From positions 438,305-502,304 of the forward strand of contig NMRA01000308.1 of assembly GCA_002633005.1 (NCBI GenBank): DNA of 64,000 nucleotides. Direction: 5' to 3'. This stretch comes from Phoronis australis (lineage: Eukaryota > Animalia > Phoronida). Made by a program: the position numbers and the translations under genes. Each line of letters opens with the position of its first letter. Within the stretch, counting starts at the first letter, position 1. The notes beneath the pieces are model-generated. The model worked only from the letters and a program-made list of their open reading frames with translations. It was not told the origin of the DNA and searched no databases. This document shows, in pieces, positions 24,501 through 37,379 of the stretch.

Positions 24501-27500
24501 TAACAAACAAGTTTTACCCGGCAACGTGCTGTTTGTCAGGTAAAACGGCAGCTTGGAAATAAAGGTGCGTCAATAATGCTGCGTTCTAAATGGTCAGTTA
24601 AGCCGTCACTCAAAATCCTGGCGATAAGTCAATTTTCAGTCAGCCAATGTCGTAGATATTTCAAACTCGAATGGGAAGGATTTTGTTCCGGTTGAAACTA
24701 GCCAGTGAAGAAACAAAATTATTCGGGAGGGCTAAAAAGGCAGGTAGAAACAATATTCACAAAGTTAAGGGAATTCTTTAAAATCCGAGAGGTTCCCACC
24801 TAAAGCGAATTAGGAGTGATGGCAAGACCAGTGTCACGTTTCTTGGCTTTATTTTTTCGAATATATGTTTTATCCAGAGCACTGCAGACGGAAACTTAGT
24901 GCGGCAGACGGCACCGCTGAAATTGTAGGTATTGAAGCCGGCGAGGTTCTTAGTTTTGCGAACATGCAATCAAGGTATTACATTTTGAAGCAAATCCATG
25001 ACCCGGAACAATAATTTGTTACTTGTATTATAATTCACATTGCCAAACCACAGTCTTCGACGCTGTCATTGCATTCTTTATTATCATCGATTTTTATCTA
25101 AAAATGGGTAATCGCGTGTAATCATCAATCTTCAAAAGTCGGGGATAGGCGCTTAACCGAGAGGTGGGCGCTTAACTAGAAATCTTCAAAAATTGCAGAG
25201 GGGCGGTTAACAGAGCAATGGGCGGTAAAATCGAAAATCCACCTAAAGTAGGGGATTGGCGTTAACCTGAACGTTTACGGTAAGTACTATAACAAGAGCA
25301 ATGCGAAGCATTGAAATGGGCCAATGACTGCGCCGCAAATGGTAAGCTCAGTTCCAGGGGTGTTAATTAGTATGACAAAAACGGCCACTAGATGGATACA
25401 TCAAACCTGTCTGAAAATGGGATGGCGTAGTCGTCTCCTATTTGCCATATTTCGTAAAAATGCGTTAAGGAACTCCAAAATCACATTCTAATAGGAGGCA
25501 AAGTTGAAGTGGTATAGATACGACCCGGCACACTTTGGTACAGATACAACCGGGCACATTTTGGTACTGATACAACCGGGCACACTTTGGTACTGATACG
25601 ACCAGGCACAGTTTGGTACTGATACGACCGGGTACACTTTGGTACAGATACGACCGGGTAAACTTTGGTACAGACATGACCGGGCAAACTTTGGTACTGA
25701 TACGACCCGGCACACTTTGGCACTAATATGACCGGGCACAGTTTGGTACTGATATGAACAGGCACACTTTGGTACTGATACGACCGGGAACACTTTGATA
25801 CAGATACGACCGGGCACAGTTTGGTACTGATACGACCAGGCACAATTTGGTACAGATACAACCTGGCACACTTTGGTACAGATACGACCGGGCGCACTTT
25901 GATACAGATACAACCGGGCACACTTTGGTACAGGTACGACCGGGCACACTTTGGTACAGATACGACCGGGCACAGTTTGGTACTGATATGACCGGGCACA
26001 TATTCAGCCCTGCCCAACGTACACCAGGGCATAAACAATGTTTTGGTAAAATGATTTTTAGTCCCAAAACACCAATGGCCTAATATATGACCCAATTTAA
26101 AACCAGATGGCACTGCAAAGCGCTCGGGACAAGATTACATCATGACGTGACACACCTAGGAGTTTGAAGTCCGTAATACCTATACTCAGATTTCAATGGA
26201 GATCCATGAACACCAGAAATGCACCACACAAACGTTTCTTTTAATAATGCCATCAACATAAAAACAAAATTTATTTGACTACAGTGAGTTAACCAAGGTA
26301 TGCTCTACTTGTAATACTCAGTAGCGAATCAATCAGACATAGTATCAGGTCAAAGGTTACTAACCATAAATGATGCCATAAGTAAGTATGACATGTGGCA
26401 TGGACTGAGCAAAGCCAGTCAGAATGTAGGCCAGGGCTACAATTGATCCACCAATCATCACAACTGGTCGGGTTCCGTAGCGTTTACCCAGAGATGTAGT
26501 GATGGGACCTAAATAATTAACATAAAAAAACAAAATTAAATACATTTCAGAACAACCTGCTAGCAAAATAAGCATCAAAAGAAGCACCCAGCAAAGGCAC
26601 AAAAAAAAAACATGCCGTTTCACGCTGAAAGTAGAAAGATTTGGGAGCATGTCCTGAGACTCCTCCGGAAGACTTTCACAATTTGAACAAGAGCAACACG
26701 GAGCATTGAAATGCACCCACGAATGCACTGCAAACGGTGTGCCACTAGGGTGTTTATTTGTATCATAAAAATGGCCACTAGATAGTGCAAAATACTTCAA
26801 ATCCGTCAAAAAATGGGAAAATGTCACCGTTTTTAACTGAAAGCTACCACATTTCATGAAAATCTGCCAAGAAACTTTAAAGAAACAGAGCAAAACGAAA
26901 AAAAAAAATGAAATTGCCACTAGGGGACAAAGCATTCGCAGCATCCGTCTGAAAGTTTTCGTCTTTGTTCCGTTGTCAACGTCATATCGTCTTGCTATAT
27001 TTAATAAAGATTCTGCAGAGGGCTTAGGAGATACAGCTAAGGGCGCAAAAAATGCCACTAGGAGGCATTACAGTAATTGAAGTCGGAAAATCATCGTCAA
27101 CCGTCCTCTTCACACTAACAATATAAGCCAATTTTCACAATCATCCAAAGAGTGGTTTGGTTGACAGAGTGCGGACGCCAAAAACAAGACTAGAAAACAG
27201 CAAAAATGGCCACTAGATGGTGTAAAATATGTCAAATCCATCTGAAAACCGAAAAATGATGTTTTTTAAAAGAAAGCTATTTAACAAATTTCTTGAAAAT
27301 TCGTCGAGGAACTTCAGAGAAACAGAGGAAAACAGAAAAAATGAAATTGCCACATGGGGGAAGAGTTAGTCGGACCTGTCTGAAAGTCGTTATCTGTTGT
27401 TAACTTCATATAAATACAAATGCTACAATTAATAAAAATACTGTAGAGGGCTTCGGAGATACAGGTATGCCTGGGCGCAAAACAAAACTGCCACTAGGAG

Positions 27501-30500
27501 GCGCCACAGTAGCCAAAGTCATCGGAAAAACATCGTCGATTGTCCTCTTCATAGTAAGAGCATACATGCCAATTTTCGCAATCATCCTAAGAGCCGTGTG
27601 GTTGAATGAGGGGCAGATGCCAAAAAACAGACTGTGTCTCGAAAACTAGATGGTGCAAAATGGCTCGAGTCCATCCCAAAACAAGAGGATAGCGTCACCT
27701 CATTAATAGATGCCTATGTCGCAAATTTCAAGGAAAATTGGTAGAGGACCTTTGAAGATACAGAGGCAATTAACGTAAAAAAACTAAAACTGCCACTAGG
27801 GGGCACAGCGGTATTCGGGTCGGTCCAAAACTCGTCGCCCCCTGTCCTCCACCACATAGGAACACACCTGCCAAATTTCAATACAATCATGCAAGGGGTT
27901 TAGGAGATACAGCCGCAGACACCGGACGCCCAGACAGAGATGACGGAAATATGCATCCACATTTTATATGTCAGCACTAACTAAAAATTTCAAGCAAATC
28001 CCTTTTCAGATATCAAGTTCAAACCTAAAAAATATCCTCAGATAATCATTATGTGAAACAGTGCAGAATCAAAAGCTTTATATATTCCAAGTTAAAACCA
28101 GACTGAAAGAAATCAAATAAGGTGGAATTTGAGAACAGAGATTGGATTTGGAACCTGCGTTGCTTATCCACATAAGGCCTCTTCATATACATTGTCTAGG
28201 GCTACTTACTCAGTATAGGCACCAGTATCAGCGTCATAGTGGAAGCAACTGCAGTGAGTGAGGAAGACTCCCCAAACAAAGGCTTCAGTTCAGCAAAGAT
28301 CAACCCGAAGCATTTCACCATACCGATGAGGAAAAAGGCGTTTAAAAATACACCTGTTGATGAAAAACAAAACATTAATACACCGCCCTGGTAAGGTTGT
28401 GTAGGTCCTTCTCCACTAGTCTCTATATTTAGCCAAATATCTACAAATCTATAAATTTTAATTCAGTAAAACACATTTTCTGAAAGTCAACATAATTCTA
28501 TGTCTAACTTTACACCACATTACCTTTTCAAAAAAGAAAGGTGCAACCAAAGCAAAATAATGGCATCTATAACTTGACCAAATTTTATTTGATGCAACTT
28601 AAAATTTTTCATAAAATCATAAAATATTAAAAACAATTCCTAATTACGTAATGGAGAACAGTTCATTAAGAATGTCTCCTGAAAGTTTCATTTTAATCCA
28701 TTAAGCTATTTCTGAGATATGATGTTCTGAAGTGTGCCAGATATAGACGCTTTTCCAGGGTCCATCCTAAGGAATTACCAAACTTTGGTGCTTTATTTGT
28801 TATTGGTTCAAGGAATTGTTAGCCAATTACAACGCCTGCAATGCGCTATGACATAGCGAGCTTATCTACATATGCCATGGAAAGAAAATCATTTGAACTG
28901 CGTCATGTGACCTTGCCATGCCTCACTGTAACTTTTGGAATCGAGTGAATATGCTAGGCTCGTGCTAGCCAGCTCGCCATTGGCGAATTCTGAGCGGCAC
29001 TGGCGATTGTAGAGCTAAGTCCATTCACAAACTTGGCAAATGCTTTTGCAAATTGACAATATAAATGAATATTGGGAAAACCTACTCGCGAGTCAACACA
29101 CAGTCAGCTCGAATCAAGTCGTGTTGCAAACAACAGTCTTACATGTACTTCTGACTCCGAGTCTAAAAAATAGCAAGCAAATGTTTCATTTCACGTCCGT
29201 CACTCCTTCTGAAATCATTCCTTTGCCGCAACAAAATGTTCAACTGTGTAGCTGGGAGGGGGGGGGGGTCAGCACTCTTGGTTATGGCAATTTCTCGCTT
29301 CATAGCGAGATTTCCTGTAGGTGCTGCCGCTTATCTCCCAGTGACAATGTCAAAACGGTGAATAGGCGGAAAATGTTACCCAGTCCCTCAATAATTTTTT
29401 ACACTCACGATGTGGTGTGAGCCGGTTCCACGATATTTTAACAAGAGTGACACGGAGCATTGAAATGTGCCCATGAATGCATTGCAAATGGTGAGCTTTT
29501 AGGGTTGTTTATTTGTGTCATAAAAATGGCCACTAGATGGTGCAAAAACATATAATCCATCCGAAAACAGGCAAATGCCATAGCTTCTGTAACAGAAAGC
29601 TATACACCAAATTTCATAGAAATCCATAACGGAACTTCAAAGAAACAAAGGAAAACAGAATAAAAAGAAACTGCCACTAGGGGGCACATTGTTCATTGGA
29701 TCCGCCTGAAAGTCGTCATTGTCTGATGTTAGCTTCATATAAATACACTTTACTAATTAAAACAAATAAAAAATCCAGCAGTGGGTTTAGGAGATACAGT
29801 TATGCGCGCAAAACAAAACGAAACTACCACTAGGAGGTGCCACAATATTCAAAGTTTTCATCGTCAACCGTCCTCTTCACACTGAGAACACATATGCCAA
29901 TTTTTAAAACGATCCTTAGAATGATTTGGTTGATAGAGGGGTAGATGCCAAAAAACCGACAAAAATGGCCACTAGGTGGTGCAAAATACCTTGATTCCTT
30001 AAAAAACTGGAGGATACCGTCATCTCAACAATAGATGCCCGTATTCAAAATTTTATGAAAATTCGTTGAGGACCTTTGAAGATACAGAGGTAAACGTAAA
30101 ACTAAATTGCTACTAGGGGGCACACCGGTGGTCAAATCCGTCTGAAAGTCTTCATTCGTTGTCAACATCATATAAATACACTTCCTAAATTTAGAAAAGA
30201 TCCTGCTAGCAATTTAGGAAATACAGACATTGGCACAAAAAAAAACAAAACTGCCACTAGGAAGCACCACAGTAGTCAAATTCGTCGGAAAATCATCAGC
30301 AAGCGTCCTCTTCATGGTAAGAACATACATGCCAATTTTCGCAATCATCCTTAGAGTGGTTTGGTTGACAGAGGGGCGGATGCCAAAAAACGGACTCGCA
30401 AATACAAACAAGAGCAACGCAGAGCGTTGAAATGCGCCCACAATTGCACCGTATACGGTATCCTTCTAGGGTTGTTTATTGATACCATCAAGTGGCCAGT

Positions 30501-33500
30501 AGAGGGCATATATGTAGTATGTTGTACTTTGCAAAATGGAAAGGCATGGTCATTGTCTCCTCAATAGGCTAGGGGCAAAATGTGAGTGATCTTCATAATA
30601 CAAGCACATCCTATACATCAGTTGCTTAAAGCACCACAGAAACATAGAATTAAAAACAAATTTACCAACATACGAGTTCAGCACAGCATTAGAATGCCAG
30701 AAACAAATTTCTACTTGGAACATATCCTTCATAGTCACCAAGTAACACAAAGTATACACCTGAAGACCTATGAAAATACAGAGGTCAATGTAAAATACTT
30801 AAGTTGCCACTAGAGGCATACCGGTAGTCACAATCATCCTAAAGTCATCATCGTCCGTTGTCAACATCATATAAATACACTTGCTAAATTTCGTAAAGAT
30901 CCTACAAACGGTTTAGGAGATACAGCCATGGGCGCAAAAAAAAACTGCCACTAGGAGGCGCCACAGTAATCAAAGTCATGGGAAATTCAGCGTAAAGTGT
31001 CCTCTTCATAGTAAGAACATACACGCCAATTTTCACAATCATACTTAGAGCGGTTTGGTTGATAGAGGGGTGGACGCCAAAAAACAGACTCAAAAACAGT
31101 AAAAATGGCCACTGGGTGTAGCAAACTAGGTCGAATCCATCCGAAAGTCATCGCACTAATAGGTGCCTAAATACCAAATTTCATGAAAATCCGTTAAGGA
31201 CTTGTGAAGATACAGAGGTAAACGTAAAAAAATAAAATTGCGACTAGGGGGCACACTGGTAGGCGGATCCGTCCAAAGGTCGTCATCGTCTGTTGTTAAC
31301 ATCATATAAATACACTTATTAAATTTCGTAAAGATCCTGCAAATGGCTTAGGTGATACAGTCATAGGCGCAAAAAAAAAATGCCACTAGGAGGTGCCACA
31401 GTAGTCAAAATCGTCTGAAAATCATTATCAGCTGTCTTCTTTATAGTAAGCACATACATGCCAATTTTCACAATCATCCTTTGAGCGGTTTGGTTGATAG
31501 AGGGGTGGACGCACAACAACAGACTCGAAAACAATAAGAATGGCCACTAGGTGGCGCAAACTATGTCGAATCCATCTGGAAACGGGAGGATAGCGTCATC
31601 TCACTAATAGGTGCCTACACACCAAATTTCATTTGAAAATACAAAGGTAAGCGTAAAAAATTAAAATTGCCACTAGGGGGCACACCGGTAGTCGGATCCG
31701 TCCAAAAGTCGTCATCTTCTGTTGTTGCCACTAGGAGGCGCCACAGTATTCGAAATCGTCGGAAAATCATCGTCAACCGTCGTCTACATAGTAAGCATTT
31801 ACATGCCAATTTTCACAATCATCCTTTGAGCGGTTTGGTTGATAGAGGGGTGGATGCACAACAGACTCGAAAACACTAAAAATGGCCACTAGGTGGCGTA
31901 AACTATGTCGAATCCATCTGAAAACGGGAGGATAGCGTCATCTCACTAATAGGTGCCTACATACAGGACTTTTGAAGATACAAAGGTAAGCGTAAAAAAC
32001 TAAAATTGCCACTAGGGGGCACACACCGGTAGTCGGATCCGTCCGAAAGTTTGCACATGCCGTCCCATTCATGAATGGAACACATGTGCCAAATTTCATG
32101 AACGTATGTCAAAGGGTTTTGGAGATAGATCAGCAAACGCCGGATGCCGGACGCCGCCCGGACGAACGGAGATGACGGCATAATGCGTCCACATATGAAT
32201 ATGTGGGCGCATAAAAACTGCTAGTCAAATTTTATTTTTCGCTTATTGCATCTCAGTCAAACTGGCGTTAGCAGATTTAACTAATGTCGCTGGCTGTTCT
32301 TTACTACGATTTCTTGCATTAGCCCTCACGCGAATTATCATTTCCACATCCCTTTTTAGCCATCCAGCATAATTTGGTTTATACATTGGCCAGTTTCAGC
32401 CTGAACAAAAATTCTTACCATTCGAGTCTGAAATATCTACGACGTAGACTGCTTGACGATAGAGGGTAGGAGATTCACGCAGCTAGTTACAGGGATGGGC
32501 TTAGGGAGCATAGAGCCGGGAAATATGGAAATAGACTTGACATCGCAGTTTTGGGGAACATTCGCAACGGAGGAATATCGTAAAGAATTGAGTCTTTCGT
32601 AACAACAGCTTAAAAGTACAGTCACACCCGTTTTTGTTACTTATGACTGTCGATATTCTCTTTTGATGTGTGACTTCGTATAGGTGCACGCGCTCAAGTT
32701 CCCACACTTTGGAGTGCATGTTACCTTGACACCAACATGTGATTGACAGGTGACTCACACGTAATGCCCTATGTGCGTGCTGAATACCGTCGCTATCTTT
32801 GGCCATAAAAACGAGATGCATATTGAAAGAGGCCATTATATTACTTGACGGCATTTCCAAGTCACAATTGTCAGCCGACTGAGACATTGCACGCTAACAG
32901 CGGGACTGAACAGTGCCGCAGTGCGATATTGCAAGTGATATAAATAGGATAATCTGGACATCTTGCATGAAAAATAAATGTTTTTCCACCACGAAGTTTG
33001 GTAAGGTGATCGTATAAAAATGAATTTAAACATTGCTGTTTTGTGGCGTTTTATCACATATTTATGCCATGGCTCCAAATTTTATTCTTGATTGATGAGC
33101 GGCTCACGGCCGCTTAACCCCGATTCTTGTCTAAGGCCTAATTCTTTGCCAAGCATGTTGGGCGCAACGGCAAGTGAGCAATGCCGGGCGGTCAAGATAA
33201 AACAGCTATTCGCAGAACCATACGCTGAAAATGTCATTGAGTCACTGAGTGTCGACTATAAACATCCCAAACACAAAAAAATCTGAATTAAGTTTTTCAA
33301 ACCTTTATTACAACTAATTTTAAAACTGCTATGAACTTGGCAGCTAGTACGAGACTGTAACCATAAATTTGATGTCTGCTGTGACCTCTGCAACACGTGA
33401 AGCTTGCATGCGCGCACTTTAGCAAGGTCACATCTTGAAATAGTTGCAATCCAAGTAGAGGCTGCGTGGTCACTGGTCGTCTGCGCTCTACAGGGCAAAG

Positions 33501-36347
33501 TAACAAGACCGCAGGACGGCACAGGGCTATTACTCTGCAATTCTGTAAATTTAAGTGAATAACTAATCTGAGGTCAAGAGAACCTTTGTTGGGATCATCC
33601 GCTGTCATGACATTTTCCTGTCACGTGGCGATGTGACAAAAACACTCTTAGAAAAGTGCTACGCATTCCGAGTACGTATGCGGTGTGGGGAATTAGATCA
33701 CGAGGTAAGATTAACCGCCCAGGGCGGTTGCCTGTCGTAAGAAGCGCCCATGGTTAGGTTATCTGCTTGATTTTTTAATATCTTTCAGAGGGATTGAGGG
33801 CCCTGAAAATGTTATTGAGAGACTGGGATGCGTTTGCACTTCGACAGTAGCCAAAAGAAAGCAAGGTAAAGTAAATATTACTTAATGAGTTTTATATTCA
33901 CTCCTCTGCACGATTCAGTTTTATTTTACAAGTCACAAGTAATGTTAACGATTTTGGGCCTAAATGTCTTGCTCATAAAAATGTTCACGTTGGCCAGCGT
34001 ACCCCTGCAGTAACCCGGGGATAGGGGGAATCCCTGCTAAAATTTTTTTAGGTCAACATCAGTGAGGTGCCCATGTGGCCGGACTACCCCCACCGTAACC
34101 CAGGGATAGGAGGGAACTCCCGCACAACTTTTTTAAGGTCAACATCATTTAAATGCCCATGTGGCCGGTGTACCCACACACTAACTCAAAACTTTCTAGG
34201 TCATAATAAAACCCATGTTGGCTGACATCCCGTCCAACCTATTAGGTTGCTATATGACTTTGGAATGTTGATCATTTGTTTTTTTCTTAAAGTCCTTCTC
34301 TCACACGTTGTTAACCCTTATTACACGGTTAGAAGATGTTATAAGGATCCAAGAAGTACCTACCCCATAACTAATACACGATCCGTACTCGAAAACAGTT
34401 TAAATGAACGCGCCACTCACGATTCGCACCCGAAGAAACACCGCCATTTTGAACTTGCCGCGAACCCGGAAGTACAATTCATTCAGGAACCCAGGCNNNN
34501 NNNNNNNNNNNNNNNNNNNNNNNNNNNNNNNNNNNNNNNNNNNNNNNNNNNNNNNNNNNNNNNNNNNNNNNNNNNNNNNNNNNNNNNNNNNNNNNNNNNN
34601 NNNNNNNNNNNNNNNNNNNNNNNNNNNNNNNNNNNNNNNNNNNNNNNNNNNNNNNNNNNNNNNNNNNNNNNNNNNNNNNNNNNNNNNNNNNNNNNNNNNN
34701 NNNNNNNNNNNNNNNNNNNNNNNNNNNNNNNNNNNNNNNNNNNNNNNNNNNNNNNNNNNNNNNNNNNNNNNNNNNNNNNNNNNNNNNNNNNNNNNNNNNN
34801 NNNNNNNNNNNNNNNNNNNNNNNNNNNNNNNNNNNNNNNNNNNNNNNNNNNNNNNNNNNNNNNNNNNNNNNNNNNNNNNNNNNNNNNNNNNNNNNNNNNN
34901 NNNNNNNNNNNNNNNNNNNNNNNNNNNNNNNNNNNNNNNNNNNNNNNNNNNNNNNNNNNNNNNNNNNNNNNNNNNNNNNNNNNNNNNNNNNNNNNNNNNN
35001 NNNNNNNNNNNNNNNNNNNNNNNNNNNNNNNNNNNNNNNNNNNNNNNNNNNNNNNNNNNNNNNNNNNNNNNNNNNNNNNNNNNNNNNNNNNNNNNNNNNN
35101 NNNNNNNNNNNNNNNNNNNNNNNNNNNNNNNNNNNNNNNNNAAAAAAAAATCAACGACCACTAACTACAAACTATAAATACACTACATATGCACACGAAT
35201 CACGATATATTACTAAAAAAACAAAATAATGAAGACTTTTCGAGCAAGCCATAGCACATTCAGTTACAAGGAAAAAATGGCGGCGTTCACGACAAGTTCC
35301 TGAACTGATGAGCCGGAAATGTGGGTATGGAAATAACCGATAACAACCGGTAATCATACGCTCAGAGAGAAGGGTCAAATACTGTTAAAATCGCTTTTGG
35401 CAAGAAAGGCAAAAAGAATATAAAGAAAGGGTGTCGAAAATAAGAATTTATTAAGTATTTTCGGATACTGGAACCACATGGGCAGTTTGCAAGAAGGACT
35501 TTAAGGCAAATGTCTTTTCTTATAGTACATGTATGAAAAGGATCTGCATATAACATGAAAAATAAAAAGTTTGGTCTGTGTAACTGTTTTTATCAATTGC
35601 AGGGGTTCGGAAAACAGAAAAGTATTGGCTAATAACTTTTGAAAATGGCTTAAAGTTTTCAGATGTTTTAGCTATTTTGGCTAATGCCTAATGTCTAGCG
35701 TGAGCGTAGATGTAGATTTCAAAGTGATGAGAGACGCGATTCTTTTGAAAAATAAACTTGTAAGCATTTCAGTAACAAGGTACACACAGGTTATAATGAT
35801 TCTAATACACTTAACTACACATATACACTTGATCTTTGACGTTTTATGAAACAAGTTTGGTCTTCAAGCGGCTTTGTCTCATTGAGTCCATAGATACAAT
35901 AGATTTGCTTAAAAACTTCATCACCATCTCCTGATGTTCAAAGCTCACCAGGAGCCCGTTCCAAGAAACTGATAAGTCTAAGATTTTTCTCAACTTCTAA
36001 ACTTTGTAACTTCCACATACCGTAAGTTATTCGAACTGAAAATAAAACCTACGTAAAAAATTTAAGATCTCTTTCGTGAAACAGTCTTGAGACAATTTTA
36101 TCGTAAAATGGACTAATATTTAAGATTTGTCTAAGTTAAGTCAGTTTTTTGGAACGGGCCCCAGAACTAGATCCATATATTACGTAAATGAGAAACCTAA
36201 GAATGCGCATCTCTTTCAGAAAGCTACATTTACGGGAAAATAACTAAAAATGCATAAAATGACGTCAAGTTTGCCAGTACCTGCAACAATCATCCAAGCC
36301 CATCCACGATCAATAGGAATCTGTTTGGTCTTGTTACGCAGCGTCAT
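18436..36347 (-). CDS. Monocarboxylate transporter (SLC16/MCT family, MFS), 537 aa; complement(join(18436..18587,18837..19807,20706..20841,26365..26508,28210..28353,36281..36347))
   Basis: MCT motifs PIDRGWAWMIV (TM1) and YFDKRRSLAMGLATSGSSVG, GAFLIMGG, long central loop, VDFLG...SSFG, GYFRDEFDSYNPAFYLCG. Six exons with consistent GT-AG phases; 1614 nt including stop. Confidence 0.93.
18837..19807 (-). CDS. SLC16 coding exon 5 (TM6, central loop, TM7-11)
   Basis: Body of ORF 18787..19803; CAG acceptor at 19808-19810, GTAAGA donor at 18836. Confidence 0.93.
19885..20015. repeat. ~31-bp tandem repeat x4
   Basis: CATTTTGCTACCATAACACGTTAATACCAGT units. Confidence 0.85.
20706..20841 (-). CDS. 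SLC16 coding exon 4
   Basis: GIGSSLSYAPSLVLVGLYFDKRRSLAMGLATSGSSVGGMVLPVLIR. Confidence 0.92.
20895..21298. repeat. 42-bp minisatellite x ~9.5
   Basis: AATCTACCTCAGCAGGTCAAGATCTAGTCGGATCCATTGGCA units. Confidence 0.92.
22751..25280. mobile_element. Tc1/mariner-type non-autonomous element (~2.5 kb) with a nested hAT-like segment starting ~23735
   Basis: TA|CCGTAAACATTCG ... GAACGTTTACGG|TA; subterminal GGGCGGTTAAC repeats; inverted partial homologue at ~32620-33765. Confidence 0.7.
25512..26000. repeat. 26-bp minisatellite x ~19 following a degenerate HINE 3' end (25291 onward)
   Basis: GATACGACCGGGCACACTTTGGTACA/T units. Confidence 0.9.
26365..26508 (-). CDS. SLC16 coding exon 3
   Basis: PITTSLGKRYGTRPVVMIGG...TYGIIYG; TAG/GTTAGT boundaries. 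Confidence 0.9.
26686..27987 (-). mobile_element. Same HINE family, copy 2
   Basis: Reverse complement of copy 1 termini (AACAAGAGCAAC...) and array. Confidence 0.8.
28210..28353 (-). CDS. SLC16 coding exon 2
   Basis: VFLNAFFLIGMVKCFGLIFAELKPLFGESSSLTAVASTMTLILVPIL; CAG/GTAAGT boundaries. Confidence 0.88.
29440..32217 (-). mobile_element. Same HINE family: full copy (30407-32217) joined to a second 3' portion (29440-30406)
   Basis: Two 3' termini (29440, 30407) and one 5' hairpin terminus (32183-32217). Confidence 0.8.
32620..33765 (-). repeat. Inverted partial copy of sequences in the 22751-25280 element
   Basis: Reverse-complement similarity to ~22870-23460 and ~23850-24300. Confidence 0.65.
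33990..34200. repeat. ~75-bp degenerate tandem repeat x ~3
   Basis: TGGCC...TACCC...TAACCC.GGGATAG...GGTCAACATCA units. Confidence 0.6.
34291..35500. mobile_element. Non-autonomous Kolobok-like DNA transposon, copy 1 (contains assembly gap)
   Basis: TTAA|AGTCCTTCT ... AGAAGGACT|TTAA (TTAA target-site duplication (TSD), AG..CT termini); both ends highly similar to 48771-50772. Confidence 0.75.
34497..35141. other. Assembly gap (N run)
   Basis: 645 Ns. Confidence 1.
35952..36161. mobile_element. PIF/Harbinger-like MITE
   Basis: TIR GAGCCCGTTCCAAGAAACTGA / TCAGTTTTTTGGAACGGGCCC, 3-bp CAG TSD. Confidence 0.7.
36281..36347 (-). CDS. SLC16 coding exon 1
   Basis: MTLRNKTKQIPIDRGWAWMIVAG; acceptor TTTCAG 2 nt before the ATG suggests an upstream non-coding exon. 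Confidence 0.88.
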
Positions 36348-36481
36348 TTCTGAAACATTAAGGTTCAAGTGTAATACTGGAAAGATGTCTAAACACAGTC
36401 AACTTTGGAGCATTGTATCTCAGAAATGGCAGATCAAGGATGCACACCGTAAAACTAAGACATTCGGGGAAATCGCATAAA

Positions 36482-36690
36482 AATGCAAGACTGTGCGGTG
36501 TATCGTCATGCATAATAATGCAAGACTGTGCGGTGTATTGTCATGCATAATAATGCAAGACTGTGCAGTGTATCGTCATGCATAATAATGCAAGACTGTG
36601 CGGTGTATCGTCATGCATAATAATGCAAGACTTTGCGGTGTATCGTCATGCATAATAATGCAAGACTGAGCGGTGTATCATCATGCATTA
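36482..36690. repeat. 35-bp tandem repeat x ~6
   Basis: AATGCAAGACTGTGCGGTGTATCGTCATGCATAAT units. Confidence 0.9.
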
Positions 36691-37379
36691 CAAATGAAGG
36701 AGGTGATGAACGCAACATTCTTGTGTCTACACAATGCAGCCTAGATTCAACCGAAACAGCTAACTGTACTTTGTGTAATGCTCCTAAAACATTTTGAGGG
36801 ACTGTTCTTAAAATTTCCCACTTTAGTATGAGCGCTCTCAAAATTTTTTGACTTACAATTTTTATGGAAAAATCTAAAGTTGCAGAAAACTAAAAATGGA
36901 AAGAAAATTTAGAAAACTGTAATAGGCAAGCGTTTTTGATATTTCATCTAGAAAGATTAATATCAAACGAAATTTGGTTGTGGCAGTGATACACTTGTTT
37001 GACTAGCTTTCTTCTTTAATATATTTTATTAACAAGAGTAAGGTGAGTCGTTGAAATGCATCAATTACTGCACTGCAAACTGTACACTTGTGAGGGTTTA
37101 GAGGTACTCATTAGTATCATATAGTACCCTTGTAAGGGTTTAGCATAATAAAAATGGCCACTAAATCTAGTGCTAAGGTGGAGCGCAAGTAAATTGAGGG
37201 AGCAAACGTGTGGGGACTGTTTTCAAAGACATGCAGAGGTGGCATGATGAGCAAACAGACTGAATGGCTTTATTCAGGTACAGAACATAGAAATAGGCTG
37301 ACGAAGAGTTGCTATGAAACTGGCTTGTGTGGTCAAAGTGCAAATGAACAGTAGTAAGGAGACCTTCAAGAACAGATCA

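Noticed and set aside
25465-26113. Cys-rich repetitive ORFs up to 210 aa; superficially CRISPR-like periodicity
   Set aside because: Head-to-tail 26-bp tandem repeat with no unique spacers and no cas genes, inside a eukaryotic intron
26360-27058. 232-aa ORF as a single gene
   Set aside because: Only 26365-26508 is a real SLC16 exon; the rest is intron and HINE sequence
34247-35177. Long ORFs of 223-305 aa
   Set aside because: Artefacts of the N gap
35300-35325. CTGATGAGCCGGAAA as a hammerhead core (also at ~50560)
   Set aside because: Only 4 nt between CUGAUGA and GAAA, so stem II cannot form, and there are no closing stems
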